From a virus (taxonomy: Duplodnaviria; Caudoviricetes), in the IMG/VR virus record IMGVR_UViG_3300028797_006177, positions 39,961 to 103,960 of that record: DNA of 64,000 bases. One strand, written 5' to 3'. Below the pieces are notes generated by a model. It searched no databases. It was given only the letters and a program-made list of their open reading frames with translations, and had not been told where the DNA came from. Positions 1 through 9,601 of this stretch are shown here, one piece after another (position 1 is the first letter of the stretch; each line of letters opens with the position of its first letter). Both the position numbers and the translations under genes were made by a program.

Positions 1-113
1 GGATTCAGTGTCACGTCATGCCAGAAGAGACAGAGACCATCATCGACCAGGAGAAAGCGCAGCCGATGAAAGTGCAGTTCAAAATAGAGTTGGACCTCGT
101 TTATTAAAATGCT

Positions 114-2075
114 ATGGGACTCGAAGCCACGACAAAGAATTACTGGATAGCGCCGAACGCCATCAGCATTTCACTGAATGCCCTTGGCGATGAGAACCGC
201 ATACAAGGCAGCATAGTAAGTGGCTCGATAATTTCGTGCTATATCGAGAGTGTCAAGCCTGAGAGTGCCGGCGAACAGTATGCAGGCAACGGCGACGGGC
301 TTGGACTTGACAACGGCAGAAACCCAAAGCGCTGGTCCCTTGTCATATCGCCAACATTCTTCAATAGCGACACACTGAAATATGTCTATGCCGCCATTCC
401 AAGAAAGGCAAGTTTCAGCACGCTGGCAGTTGTGGTCTTCCCAAGCGAGAAGATAGACCTGTACGGCAAGAACGACAACGACGAGCAGATTGGCTCGATG
501 GACTATTTCTACGTTTGGCTGCAGGGCATCATCTCGGCACCGACAGGCTCTCCGCTGCATCGCGAATGGACACAAGATATGGTCTGGGGCTCGCTTGGCA
601 CATACGAGGATATCGTGGATATGTCCGAGTCAGACTGGTACTCATACTCTAAAACCACTGATACCGTTTCATTCCTGAAGCGGATTCTGATGAATGCCGG
701 CTCGTTCTTCCAGAACATCTTCCTCGGTGGCGCAAACAATGAACTGACAGGTGTTGCCACAGCAGCCACACCCAGCCAGTATATCAACTCCGACACGCTT
801 GTAGCCACGCCGAACTTCATCAAGCAGCACTACCTGCGGAAAGACGTTGACGACGAAGCGAACGGACAGATAACATTCAAGCAGAAGTCTATCCATGAGT
901 ATGGCGCTCAGTTCGGTTCTTCATTCGCGTCTGGTCTTGCAGGACATGGCGGCAAGATAGACGGACTTGGACAAGGCGAGCTTGAAAGCCTTACATTGCG
1001 CCGCTTCCTTGAAGTGCCGGAGCTGAGGTACAACCGCGTGAGCATATACGTCGGCAACCAGTGGCGTGCGCCAGGCGGCGGCATCATCGAGAGCGTAACA
1101 CCCGATGAAGACGAACAGGGGAATATCCTTACGACTGGCACCATCACACTGCATCTCGAAGACGGGGAAATCGGCACAATCGCAGTGGATGATATCTGTC
1201 AGGGCATCTTCCACGACGGCATAACGCCAGCCAACAATGATGCGGAGAGTTATGACGACGGCATAGGCAACTTCAAGTTTGGCGGATTCTTTACCAGCTA
1301 TTTCCGTGTGACCGAGATATTGGACAATGCGAAAAACAGCAGATTCCGCTATGCTCTGAGGCCTACGAACAACCTGCCGAGGCCGACTGGTGAAGCAGGA
1401 AGAACGGCAGGAGGCAGCTGGACGCAGAGTCATCATCCCTGCGAAGCAATGCACTTCGTGGCATACGGCAACTTCACGAACACGGACAGGCAGTCCTCGC
1501 GCTATTCCACCCTCACATACGAGCGTTTCCTGATGGGTGTGAACTGGTGGGAGTTCAACGAGAACAACGTCGGCGCTCAGTTCGGCGACCTCTCGAACCT
1601 GTCTGTTTTCGGCCTGGACATGACGGGCTATTCCGCTTATCTGAACAATATCTACATGAGCGGCACTATCCAGCAGTTCGAGAACTTGCCGCCACGCATG
1701 GAGATAGACACGCAGGGAGACAGTTTCCTGGCAATGGGAGAGAGTATGCTTGTGACATGTACGGTGATGCGCGGTTGGGATGATGTGACGTCGCAGGTGA
1801 CTCAATGGGAGGTGGTACGTGACAGCGGCGATGCAGCCGATGATGCTGCGTGGCTGTACCGAGAAAAGGTCATTGACTTCTACCGGGGAAATCCAAGACC
1901 TGCACAGGAGGAAGGAGAAGAAGAGTATTTGAATCCAGGTCAGCTCGTCTTATGTCACGACACAAACCCGACGATAGACGACCTCGGAAACAACACAAAC
2001 GTACTGAGTACGCTCTTTACATTCAAGGCGTATCTTGCAGACGGCAGTAATTCACAATTTCAATTAGAAATATAA
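114..2075 (+). CDS. Phage tail/baseplate-associated structural protein
   Basis: 653 aa in the tail operon; 'LESLTLRRFLEVPELRYNRV' segment typical of Bacteroidales phage tail proteins. Confidence 0.65.
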   Translation: MGLEATTKNYWIAPNAISISLNALGDENRIQGSIVSGSIISCYIESVKPESAGEQYAGNGDGLGLDNGRNPKRWSLVISPTFFNSDTLKYVYAAIPRKASFSTLAVVVFPSEKIDLYGKNDNDEQIGSMDYFYVWLQGIISAPTGSPLHREWTQDMVWGSLGTYEDIVDMSESDWYSYSKTTDTVSFLKRILMNAGSFFQNIFLGGANNELTGVATAATPSQYINSDTLVATPNFIKQHYLRKDVDDEANGQITFKQKSIHEYGAQFGSSFASGLAGHGGKIDGLGQGELESLTLRRFLEVPELRYNRVSIYVGNQWRAPGGGIIESVTPDEDEQGNILTTGTITLHLEDGEIGTIAVDDICQGIFHDGITPANNDAESYDDGIGNFKFGGFFTSYFRVTEILDNAKNSRFRYALRPTNNLPRPTGEAGRTAGGSWTQSHHPCEAMHFVAYGNFTNTDRQSSRYSTLTYERFLMGVNWWEFNENNVGAQFGDLSNLSVFGLDMTGYSAYLNNIYMSGTIQQFENLPPRMEIDTQGDSFLAMGESMLVTCTVMRGWDDVTSQVTQWEVVRDSGDAADDAAWLYREKVIDFYRGNPRPAQEEGEEEYLNPGQLVLCHDTNPTIDDLGNNTNVLSTLFTFKAYLADGSNSQFQLEI

Positions 2076-2076
2076 A

Positions 2077-3300
2077 ATGGAAAGCCAAAGAAAACGAATC
2101 AGGAGAGACTATGCACCGTTAACCATTATGGCTGGGCTTGTCTGCACGACTCCTCTCTCTCCGGTGACGCAGGTTTACAATTCACATCTGGACGAACTCG
2201 AACCAGATCGCACATTGTCGCCAACCGTCATACACCCCGACGTGGTGGCTCATGCAAAGGATGGAAGCTGGAAGCACCCACGGGCTAACGCATATCTTGC
2301 AAATATGGTGTGGAAGGTCAACGGGGTGGATATTACGACGCTCAGTGAATGGGAAAACAAGTTCACAATAGAAACAGCAACAGGCGTAACACGCGGCGAC
2401 ATCACCATCTACAAGAACATCAACCCTGGCTCTCATGTGGAACTGAGCTTCGAGGCAGAGCTTGCAGATGACAGGCTGGGCGTGAACATACCCATCAAGT
2501 GCGACCCTATCACCCTGATTACGGAGGACAGCAGCGACGACGAGTATAACATTAGCATCGGTGACGACCAGATTATCCAGTACGATCCATTCAAGGACAA
2601 GCTGCACCTGTATGAATATAAGGTAGCACACGGACTGACAACAGACAGCGAAGTGAACAGGAACGCTTCGATTGACGAAAACTGCTATGAGCGCACAATA
2701 CCGGTAACGGTATTCAAGGGAAAGGAGATTCTTCCGACGACAGAATATACATTGGAACTTTGCAGGATAGACTCTGTGTCACCTGTACTTATGCTCACTG
2801 CTCTTACTCCGTCGAGCGACGAGGAAGTTATAGCAGTTACGAAAACCTATATAACATTAGACCTTCGTCTCATAGAGAAGCGCGACTACCTGATTCGTGT
2901 TTACAAAGGTACCACCCGCTTGGCACAGTATCAGTTCTCCGTGAACAGGGTTTATCCGAAGTTCGATATCCGGCCCACGAACGGAACAAGCATTTCTCCC
3001 AACGACAAAGAGCGTTACGACGTTGCTATGGTGGACTGCGACGGCAATACGGTAGATTGTCCGGAAAGCATTATCAAGATTTTATGGAAGACAGACACAG
3101 CGGCCCTTACAGCCGTAGAACATGGAGAGGGCGGCGAAATTGTCTTCCAATTATCGAAGACAGGTATCGGCAACACCTATCTCAACAACTGGATTGACGT
3201 TTACTGCGAAGGCAATCAGAAGGAAGTGATGAGCGTTGCAAGGGACGAACTAAGCAATGAACTGACAGACGAAAACGGAGACACACTAATTTTCAACTAA
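2077..3300 (+). CDS. Phage tail structural protein (beta-rich)
   Basis: 407 aa, tightly packed in the tail operon. Confidence 0.55.
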   Translation: MESQRKRIRRDYAPLTIMAGLVCTTPLSPVTQVYNSHLDELEPDRTLSPTVIHPDVVAHAKDGSWKHPRANAYLANMVWKVNGVDITTLSEWENKFTIETATGVTRGDITIYKNINPGSHVELSFEAELADDRLGVNIPIKCDPITLITEDSSDDEYNISIGDDQIIQYDPFKDKLHLYEYKVAHGLTTDSEVNRNASIDENCYERTIPVTVFKGKEILPTTEYTLELCRIDSVSPVLMLTALTPSSDEEVIAVTKTYITLDLRLIEKRDYLIRVYKGTTRLAQYQFSVNRVYPKFDIRPTNGTSISPNDKERYDVAMVDCDGNTVDCPESIIKILWKTDTAALTAVEHGEGGEIVFQLSKTGIGNTYLNNWIDVYCEGNQKEVMSVARDELSNELTDENGDTLIFN

Positions 3301-3301
3301 T

Positions 3302-3532
3302 ATGCGGTACATTATTGCAGACAAGGTGAAAGCTGTAGCCTATGGCTTCGAGCTTCACGGACACAGGGTGAATGGAAACCTTATCCTGTTAAACGAGAAA
3401 GAGATGGAATGCAACCCTGCACTTGCTTCTGCTCCGACGCTGGAGAAAAAGTGCGAACTCATCCTGGGTTCCATCTACACACATCAAGATATTATTAACG
3501 AATTAGAACAAGGAGGCTGGAACAATGGCTAA
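3302..3532 (+). CDS. Small hypothetical tail-operon protein
   Basis: 76 aa, abuts or overlaps both neighbours. Confidence 0.6.
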   Translation: MRYIIADKVKAVAYGFELHGHRVNGNLILLNEKEMECNPALASAPTLEKKCELILGSIYTHQDIINELEQGGWNNG

Positions 3533-4589
3533 CAATTATTCTGCACAAGGCAGTATCACCATCAAGAGACTGCGTAACGGGGACTCTCTGTTCCTCACAT
3601 TCAACAACAACGGAATACCGCTTTATCAAGGCGTTGACCCAAATACCGGTGGCGTAACGCCAGACTGGACGGTTGCGGCAAACCAGCCGGAAATCATACC
3701 TGTTGCGAACTCAGTACGCGGTAATGCGGTAACATTGGGCAGTCACCAATGGTATTACAACAACAATTCTGTCCCCCTAACTTTCAACGGAGCGATTTCC
3801 GGTGACTGGCAGGCTGACAGCACAGGTAAGTTTGCCATAAGGATTTCCGGAAGCAACGTAGGTTCACTGAAAATCATCGCAAACCTCGCGTCGATCACAA
3901 ACATTGCAAGTGACAGTCTGACATACAAGGCTGTTGCCAGCGTTGGCGGGGTGGAGTACAATGTAGAGAAGAGCATTGATATTCTCATCCAGTACATCGG
4001 TGCATCATCCTATGTCGGTTTTGTCATGGCAGGCACAGAGCAGCTAACGTCATTAGTAACGAGTTCGACACTCACAACGAAACTTGAATGTTCTGGGAAA
4101 AATGTCACAAACTACTACGTGAAGTGGTACAAAGACACAGTAGAATGGGCTGAAAAGGCAGGTTTGAAGGAAATAACCGTTACTCGCAACGATGTGGACG
4201 GTACTCAGCTATTCATAGCAGAGTTTTACGAGAACTCTGGTGACACAGACTATGTATGCAGGGCCGGAATCAGAATCATTGATACGCTCGATGATTTCAA
4301 AGTTGACTGCTACATTTCAAGCACGAACAAAGAGGTAGATACAGGCTCTCCAGTAACCGTCGGGGCGAGGATAATCAATATGAGAACAGGTGCCGAGGTG
4401 ACTCCAACAAGTCCGATATGGGCGATGTACATTATGAAGAAGTCAGATTGGTCTGTTCTCAAATCTTCAAGTACGAACTCCATACAGGTTACGACTACCG
4501 AAACCGATGCCGGAGGACAGGAAAACGATGTGGAGGTTACAGCGGAAGTCAGCTGGTCTGATAGCTTATCCGACAGTTCGTCTGAGTAA
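3525..4589 (+). CDS. Phage tail structural protein (Ig-like/beta-rich)
   Basis: 354 aa, Thr/Ser/Val-rich, operon context. Confidence 0.55.
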   Translation: MANNYSAQGSITIKRLRNGDSLFLTFNNNGIPLYQGVDPNTGGVTPDWTVAANQPEIIPVANSVRGNAVTLGSHQWYYNNNSVPLTFNGAISGDWQADSTGKFAIRISGSNVGSLKIIANLASITNIASDSLTYKAVASVGGVEYNVEKSIDILIQYIGASSYVGFVMAGTEQLTSLVTSSTLTTKLECSGKNVTNYYVKWYKDTVEWAEKAGLKEITVTRNDVDGTQLFIAEFYENSGDTDYVCRAGIRIIDTLDDFKVDCYISSTNKEVDTGSPVTVGARIINMRTGAEVTPTSPIWAMYIMKKSDWSVLKSSSTNSIQVTTTETDAGGQENDVEVTAEVSWSDSLSDSSSE

Positions 4590-4620
4590 ACAATTATTCA
4601 CTATATTAAACTAACAGAAA

Positions 4621-5904
4621 ATGGCAAAGAAGAATTTGGCAACGGCAACAGCCGTAAATACGATGCAGTTGGGGAACTCTATCATTATAGAGGTAGGTGG
4701 CTCTGTCCGCAGAATTACCCTTGCAAACTTAATTGATGCTATCAATTCCGGCGACACACAGCTTCTTCACTCCGTGGCGTGGGGCGTGCCTCTGAAACAG
4801 AATTTATCAAGTCCCGCCTGGGGACGTGTCGGTAATCTCAACCTGTGGGAGGAGTATAAGGCAAAGAGCGGACGCTATCTCGTGAAGCAAAACGGAACTG
4901 CTGCAAAGCTTTCAACGGAAAACAGCGGCATTTATGCCGATGGAACGCCGCTTGACGAAACGGATGGGAATATTATGGTGGTATTCCCCGATTTGTACTA
5001 CCGTGTAGTGAGTGACCCCGTGACGAATGTGAATTATCTGTGGATGAGCATGATTCCTATTGGAGGTCATGTAATCAAGCATCCCGTAATCGGTGCATAT
5101 AAAGGCACGACAACACTTACGGAACTTGTTTCGCGTTCTGGCGCAGCTCCTGCAGGGTCCAAGACGATATCGCAGTTCTTGCAGTTGGCAAAAATGAACG
5201 GCAGCAACTGGGGGCTTACGAACTACGACCATATCAGGTTTATGATGATGCTTGCCCTCTCCGAGTATGGCTCCCCCAACATTCAAGCCCAACTTGGCTA
5301 CGGACTTTGCGGTAGCACATCCAACGGTGTTGGCTGGACTGAAACGCAATCATTACAGACAGGAGCGACAAAAAGCCTTGGCGATGCCGCAGGGAAAATT
5401 GATGTAAGCGTTTCAGGTGGAACAAATTGCTCCCACGTTAGTCTCTTCGGCATTGAAGACCCCTATGGTTGGCAATGGGAAATGATACAGGGCATCTATT
5501 GCGGCTCTTCCTCGAACAGCGGGCAAACAGGTAGCGAAGTATTCGTTTACGAGGGCAACCGTATGCCTTCGGCAGCAGAACTTGCCAGTCATCCAAGCGG
5601 CGAGTATAGGGAACTTAATCGTCTCACTTCGAGCGGCTATATTAAAACAGAATTGCTCGGCGAATATTTCGACCTGTTCCCTGCATCATTAGACGGCGGC
5701 TCTACGAGCTACTGGTGTGATTACTCCTATGCGTCCACCACTGGACAGTTGGTCCTGTGGGGCGGTGGTGCGAATGACGGCGCGGATTGCGGTCTCGCTT
5801 ACGTGAGCTCGTATCACGCTTTCTCGTTCTCGTATGCGTACTTCGGGGCCCGCCTTGCTTACTATGGTGAATTAACGATTGTGAATGGTGCAGATATCGC
5901 ATAA
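4621..5904 (+). CDS. DGR target protein; putative receptor-binding tail fibre with C-terminal C-type-lectin-fold variable region
   Basis: C-terminus 'LWGGGANDGADCGLAYVSSYHAFSFSYAYFGARL' is encoded by the VR; 'FGIEDPYGWQWE' motif typical of CLec-fold DGR targets. Confidence 0.9.
   Translation: MAKKNLATATAVNTMQLGNSIIIEVGGSVRRITLANLIDAINSGDTQLLHSVAWGVPLKQNLSSPAWGRVGNLNLWEEYKAKSGRYLVKQNGTAAKLSTENSGIYADGTPLDETDGNIMVVFPDLYYRVVSDPVTNVNYLWMSMIPIGGHVIKHPVIGAYKGTTTLTELVSRSGAAPAGSKTISQFLQLAKMNGSNWGLTNYDHIRFMMMLALSEYGSPNIQAQLGYGLCGSTSNGVGWTETQSLQTGATKSLGDAAGKIDVSVSGGTNCSHVSLFGIEDPYGWQWEMIQGIYCGSSSNSGQTGSEVFVYEGNRMPSAAELASHPSGEYRELNRLTSSGYIKTELLGEYFDLFPASLDGGSTSYWCDYSYASTTGQLVLWGGGANDGADCGLAYVSSYHAFSFSYAYFGARLAYYGELTIVNGADIA
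5747..5860 (+). repeat. DGR variable repeat (VR)
   Basis: 114-bp copy of 6103-6216 with 13 mismatches, all opposite TR adenines. Confidence 0.97.
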
Positions 5905-6102
5905 CACGAGGTTTGTTTCACGACCAATCACCCAATAAGAAGAGATACTCAAACGATTTGTTCTTTGAATAAAATGAAAACCCTCCGTCCAATCCGAGGA
6001 AGAATCACGGCCAACGAGAGGTCGCGCCGCAAAGCGCGACCGACCACGCTGGCGGCTTCGGGGCGAGAACCGACAGGCGACGGAGGTAGGTAGAGGGGAA
6101 TG

Positions 6103-6216
6103 AGTTGGTCCTGTGGGGCGGTGATGCGAATAACGGCGCGAATTGCGGTCTCGCTTACGTGAACTCGAATAACGCTTTCTCGAACTCGAATGCGAACATC
6201 GGGGCCCGCCATACTT
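6103..6216 (+). repeat. DGR template repeat (TR)
   Basis: Non-coding, AAC/AAT-rich copy of the VR lying between target gene and RT. Confidence 0.97.
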
Positions 6217-6476
6217 TGGAACACGGAAAACTGTATGTCCGTAAATCTTAAACATTCTCCGAGCCTTGCCCCAGCGCGTATAATGAACTACGCTGCGTAG
6301 CGGACGTGTTCCGCGATGGCAGAAAATCAAGTGCGGAAAGGTCTGTTTCCTTGCAGACAGACAAGCACGGCAAGTAGGTTTCTCTCGAACGCCGTGGGCT
6401 GGTTATCCAAGCAAGCCGAAAGGCAGAGCAGTATCGGGATAATGAACGAAATGGTCTGAAAAGACAAAATGAAAGT

Positions 6477-7358
6477 ATGGCAAAGACAGAGAACATAGAT
6501 TGGAATTCACTTGACCCAGAGGCCATCGACATGATTCTGAAAGCCCGAATAGCGGACTATTGGAAGAGTGTCGAGGCCAACGGAGGAAAAGAGCCTAAGA
6601 GAGCAGGGTATCTCATCGAGCGCATTGCGGACATCGACAACCTCAGAGACGCTGACAGGGCGGCACAGAACGGAAAGGTCAAGAAGAACCGCTTCATACG
6701 CAGGCACAACGAACACGCGGAGCAGGACTTGCGAGAGATTCAGATGATGATTCTCACTTTGGACTTCCCGCCGTGCGAATACGAGTTCATGGACGTGGTA
6801 AGCGATGCAGGAAAGCTCCGGCACATAGCGAAGCAGAAATACCATCCCTGGCGTATATTGGCTCATGCCATCATGCAGATAGTAGGGCCTTACATATACA
6901 GAAGTCTGATTCACGACACGTTTGCCTGCATCAAGGGAAAGGGGCTGCATTTCGGAGTAAAGCGGATGAAGATGATGCTCAGACGCTATCCCGAATACAA
7001 GTGGTTTTGGAAGACGGACTTCAAGAAGTTCTACCTCTCCATTCCTCACGACGTGATGCGAGAAGCCCTGCGGCACAAGTTCAAAGATGAGCGGTTTATA
7101 GAACTCATGGATATTGCGGTGTTCTCATACGAATCGGGTGAAGAAATAACGAATGAATTGAATGAAGAACTACGATGGAAAGAGAGGTGTGCCTATAGGC
7201 GCATTCACAAGCCAGCCGCTCGGCAACTTCGCCGCCAGCGTCATAGACCACTACATGAAGGAGCAGCGGAGGGTGAAGTGTTACCTTCGTTACTGCGACG
7301 ATGCCACAGGCAGGGCGATGACAAAGGCGGCGGCTCGCAGGGACTTGGAGGCGTTTGA
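6477..7358 (+). CDS. DGR reverse transcriptase, N-terminal part (fingers and motif A)
   Basis: 'TFACIKGKGLH' and 'KTDFKKFYLSIPH'; RT similarity is lost after about nt 7140. Confidence 0.85.
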   Translation: MAKTENIDWNSLDPEAIDMILKARIADYWKSVEANGGKEPKRAGYLIERIADIDNLRDADRAAQNGKVKKNRFIRRHNEHAEQDLREIQMMILTLDFPPCEYEFMDVVSDAGKLRHIAKQKYHPWRILAHAIMQIVGPYIYRSLIHDTFACIKGKGLHFGVKRMKMMLRRYPEYKWFWKTDFKKFYLSIPHDVMREALRHKFKDERFIELMDIAVFSYESGEEITNELNEELRWKERCAYRRIHKPAARQLRRQRHRPLHEGAAEGEVLPSLLRRCHRQGDDKGGGSQGLGGV

Positions 7359-7500
7359 GAGCGTATCTTCCGAGATAGGTCTGGTAGTGAAACACTCTGC
7401 AGTTGTTGCACCAATCGGAATAGAACGTCGCAATGAACGGAAGAGAGACCGTAAACGCAAGCGAAGCAAGAGGTCGCACGATAGACTTCTTGGGATATAG
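7162..7500 (+). CDS. DGR reverse transcriptase, central part (motifs B and C)
   Basis: 'GVPIGAFTSQPLGN' (DGR-type SQ motif) and 'YLRYCDD'; +1 frame relative to 6477. Confidence 0.85.
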   Translation: MKNYDGKRGVPIGAFTSQPLGNFAASVIDHYMKEQRRVKCYLRYCDDATGRAMTKAAARRDLEAFESVSSEIGLVVKHSAVVAPIGIERRNERKRDRKRKRSKRSHDRLLGI

Positions 7501-8017
7501 GTTCACTGTACATAGGATCAGGCTCAGAAAGAGCATCAAACAGACCTTTGCACGAAAGAGTAAACGATTAACAGACAAAGACAGGAGGCGCGAAGTCCTT
7601 GCCAGCTATTGGGGCTGGTGCAAGTGGGGCGATTGCAAGCACCTGTGGAATAAATTAACAGACAACGATATGAGTTTTGCAAGCTTAGGATTCAAAAAGC
7701 GCGACCTTGTGAAAGACGGTCAGAAGTTCTTCGATGTTCCGGAGAGGAAACTCATGGACATTCTGAACATGCCGTTTACGGTGTTGGATTTTCAACCGAA
7801 CATTACAACGCGACAGGGACCTGGCAGGTATTGCGTTCTGTGCGAGCAGGACGGCCAGCGTTTCAAGTTCATAACGAACTGCTTCAACATAAAAGACGTG
7901 CTCGACCAGGCGAGTGAGGCAGAGAAGCGTGGGAGCAAGGTGTTCCCTGTTGATGACGTCAGGGTAAAGCGTAGAAGTCTCGGCGACGGCAAGAGCGCGT
8001 ATTACTTTGAAGAATGA
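7433..8017 (+). CDS. DGR reverse transcriptase, C-terminal part (motif E and thumb) fused to a putative accessory domain
   Basis: 'IDFLGY', 'RLRKSIK' and 'ASYWGWCKWGD'; internal in-frame ATG at 7670 starts a 115-aa non-RT domain. Confidence 0.8.
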   Translation: MNGRETVNASEARGRTIDFLGYRFTVHRIRLRKSIKQTFARKSKRLTDKDRRREVLASYWGWCKWGDCKHLWNKLTDNDMSFASLGFKKRDLVKDGQKFFDVPERKLMDILNMPFTVLDFQPNITTRQGPGRYCVLCEQDGQRFKFITNCFNIKDVLDQASEAEKRGSKVFPVDDVRVKRRSLGDGKSAYYFEE

Positions 8018-8044
8018 TGTTTCACCAATAAAAACAAAAAGACA

Positions 8045-8419
8045 ATGAAAGCAAGTTATCAAATGACAGAACTCCCTCAGAGTGGAGTACAGGTTACAAT
8101 CGAAGGCGTACTGTTGCGCCTGCTGTTCGACTTCACGCAGGCAGAGCCTGTTGAGGGTGATGATAGGACGGACATCTACAACTGCGAGAGCGTGGATGTG
8201 AAGGGACGCGGCTACGGCGACATCGTTTCCGCTATTGTGAACGACCGCTACAGCGCCGACCAGGTGCAGGCTATCATGGCCAACTATGCGGAGGCCAGCG
8301 ATTCGGAGAGCACTATCACGCCGGAGAAGAGGGAAGAATACCTGGAGGAGTACGAAGCCTATCAGGGCTGGCGAAAACACGCCAAGGAGATAGCAGCAAC
8401 AGTTGTATCATCACTCTAA
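8045..8419 (+). CDS. Hypothetical phage protein downstream of the DGR RT
   Basis: 124 aa, A-rich leader. Confidence 0.7.
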   Translation: MKASYQMTELPQSGVQVTIEGVLLRLLFDFTQAEPVEGDDRTDIYNCESVDVKGRGYGDIVSAIVNDRYSADQVQAIMANYAEASDSESTITPEKREEYLEEYEAYQGWRKHAKEIAATVVSSL

Positions 8420-8431
8420 AGACAAAATCAC

Positions 8432-9316
8432 ATGCCGAGCGCAACGGGACATATCACGGTACGACGCAGCGCGAAAGACGGGTGCATACTGCGTGTGAGC
8501 GAATGGGCAGTTGGTATAGAGTACCATAATGACAAAGCTCTCACGAGTGGCACCCGATACCTTGACATCGCAGTTGTAACGACTGGTCCAAACACGTTCA
8601 ATGCCTACGAGTGCAAGCGGACACATACATCTTCAGCGAGTATTCCGGTCACGAACACTACCTATTGGCAACCGTTCAACAATCTGCAGCCTATCTACAC
8701 GCCTCTGATTATTGCCCAGAATGCCCTTCTGAAGTTTGCACAGACGAATCAACTGCTTGTGATGGATGCTGATGGTACCACAATAGTTGCAGGTCTTGGC
8801 GGTGGTGACTATCCATTGTGGATAGGTAATACACAGCCTAACGGAGCAACTTTCAAGGTGTCAAAAGCAGGCAAGTTATTTGCAACAGGAGCAGAGGTAA
8901 GCGGTGTTATAACATCTGAATATACGACAATGATGCACCGAGTCGTTATTGATTCCTTTAATGGAGGTATAATATGCTCTGGGCCTACATCAATAGATCA
9001 AAATAATCCACCTTATCCAGATGTGTCAGCAGTATATGCCAAAACTGTAGAAATTGGATGGGGATATTTTAGTGGTTCAACTCCGTCAAGCGGATATAGT
9101 AGTGCTGGGAAAGTAGGTGTATATATTGCAGCACATCCGGAATTTAACATTGAAATTGGACCAGAAGAAATAACCTTAAACGGCTATCTTTGTCAATTAA
9201 GTATAACACCAAAATTTGTTACATATAGAGAACGATGGGCTGGTACACCGTCGGGACAGTGGGATGAGTCTTATGTTGCTGAATGGAAAAGTATAATTAG
9301 TGCATTTGCGGAATAA
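8432..9316 (+). CDS. Putative tail fibre/tail tip protein
   Basis: 294 aa; 'FKVSKAGKLFATGAEVSGVI' fibre-like segment; AT-richer 3' half. Confidence 0.6.
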   Translation: MPSATGHITVRRSAKDGCILRVSEWAVGIEYHNDKALTSGTRYLDIAVVTTGPNTFNAYECKRTHTSSASIPVTNTTYWQPFNNLQPIYTPLIIAQNALLKFAQTNQLLVMDADGTTIVAGLGGGDYPLWIGNTQPNGATFKVSKAGKLFATGAEVSGVITSEYTTMMHRVVIDSFNGGIICSGPTSIDQNNPPYPDVSAVYAKTVEIGWGYFSGSTPSSGYSSAGKVGVYIAAHPEFNIEIGPEEITLNGYLCQLSITPKFVTYRERWAGTPSGQWDESYVAEWKSIISAFAE

Positions 9317-9328
9317 AATTATCATAAT

Positions 9329-9598
9329 ATGAAAATAGACTTTGAAAGAGTAGAGGTTTTCACAGGCATTGCAAAAAAGCAGTGCGTAGTAGAGAATATC
9401 AGAGAGCAGTTCGCAGATCTTATATATAATACGGGTATTGGAGTTGCAGCTCATGCTCTTGCGCTGAAGATATACAATTCAGACAGCGAGACAGAGTACA
9501 CCGAGGAAGAATGTAACATGATTCTGAAGTTCTCTGAAAGGTGTAGCCCTAACGTCATTGACGCAATAGGCAAATTGTTGGAGCAAGCAGAAAAATAA
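9329..9598 (+). CDS. Small conserved phage protein following the tail fibre (possible chaperone)
   Basis: 89 aa, last gene of the tail operon. Confidence 0.6.
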   Translation: MKIDFERVEVFTGIAKKQCVVENIREQFADLIYNTGIGVAAHALALKIYNSDSETEYTEEECNMILKFSERCSPNVIDAIGKLLEQAEK

Positions 9599-9601
9599 CT
9601 G

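Noticed and set aside
6477-8017. RT as a group II intron or retron
   Set aside because: It has the DGR-type GxxxSQ motif and an adjacent TR/VR pair; no maturase/endonuclease domain or retron VTG motif was seen
8432-9316. Second DGR variable repeat
   Set aside because: No TR-like sequence was found by eye here or elsewhere in the window; a BLASTN of the TR would settle it
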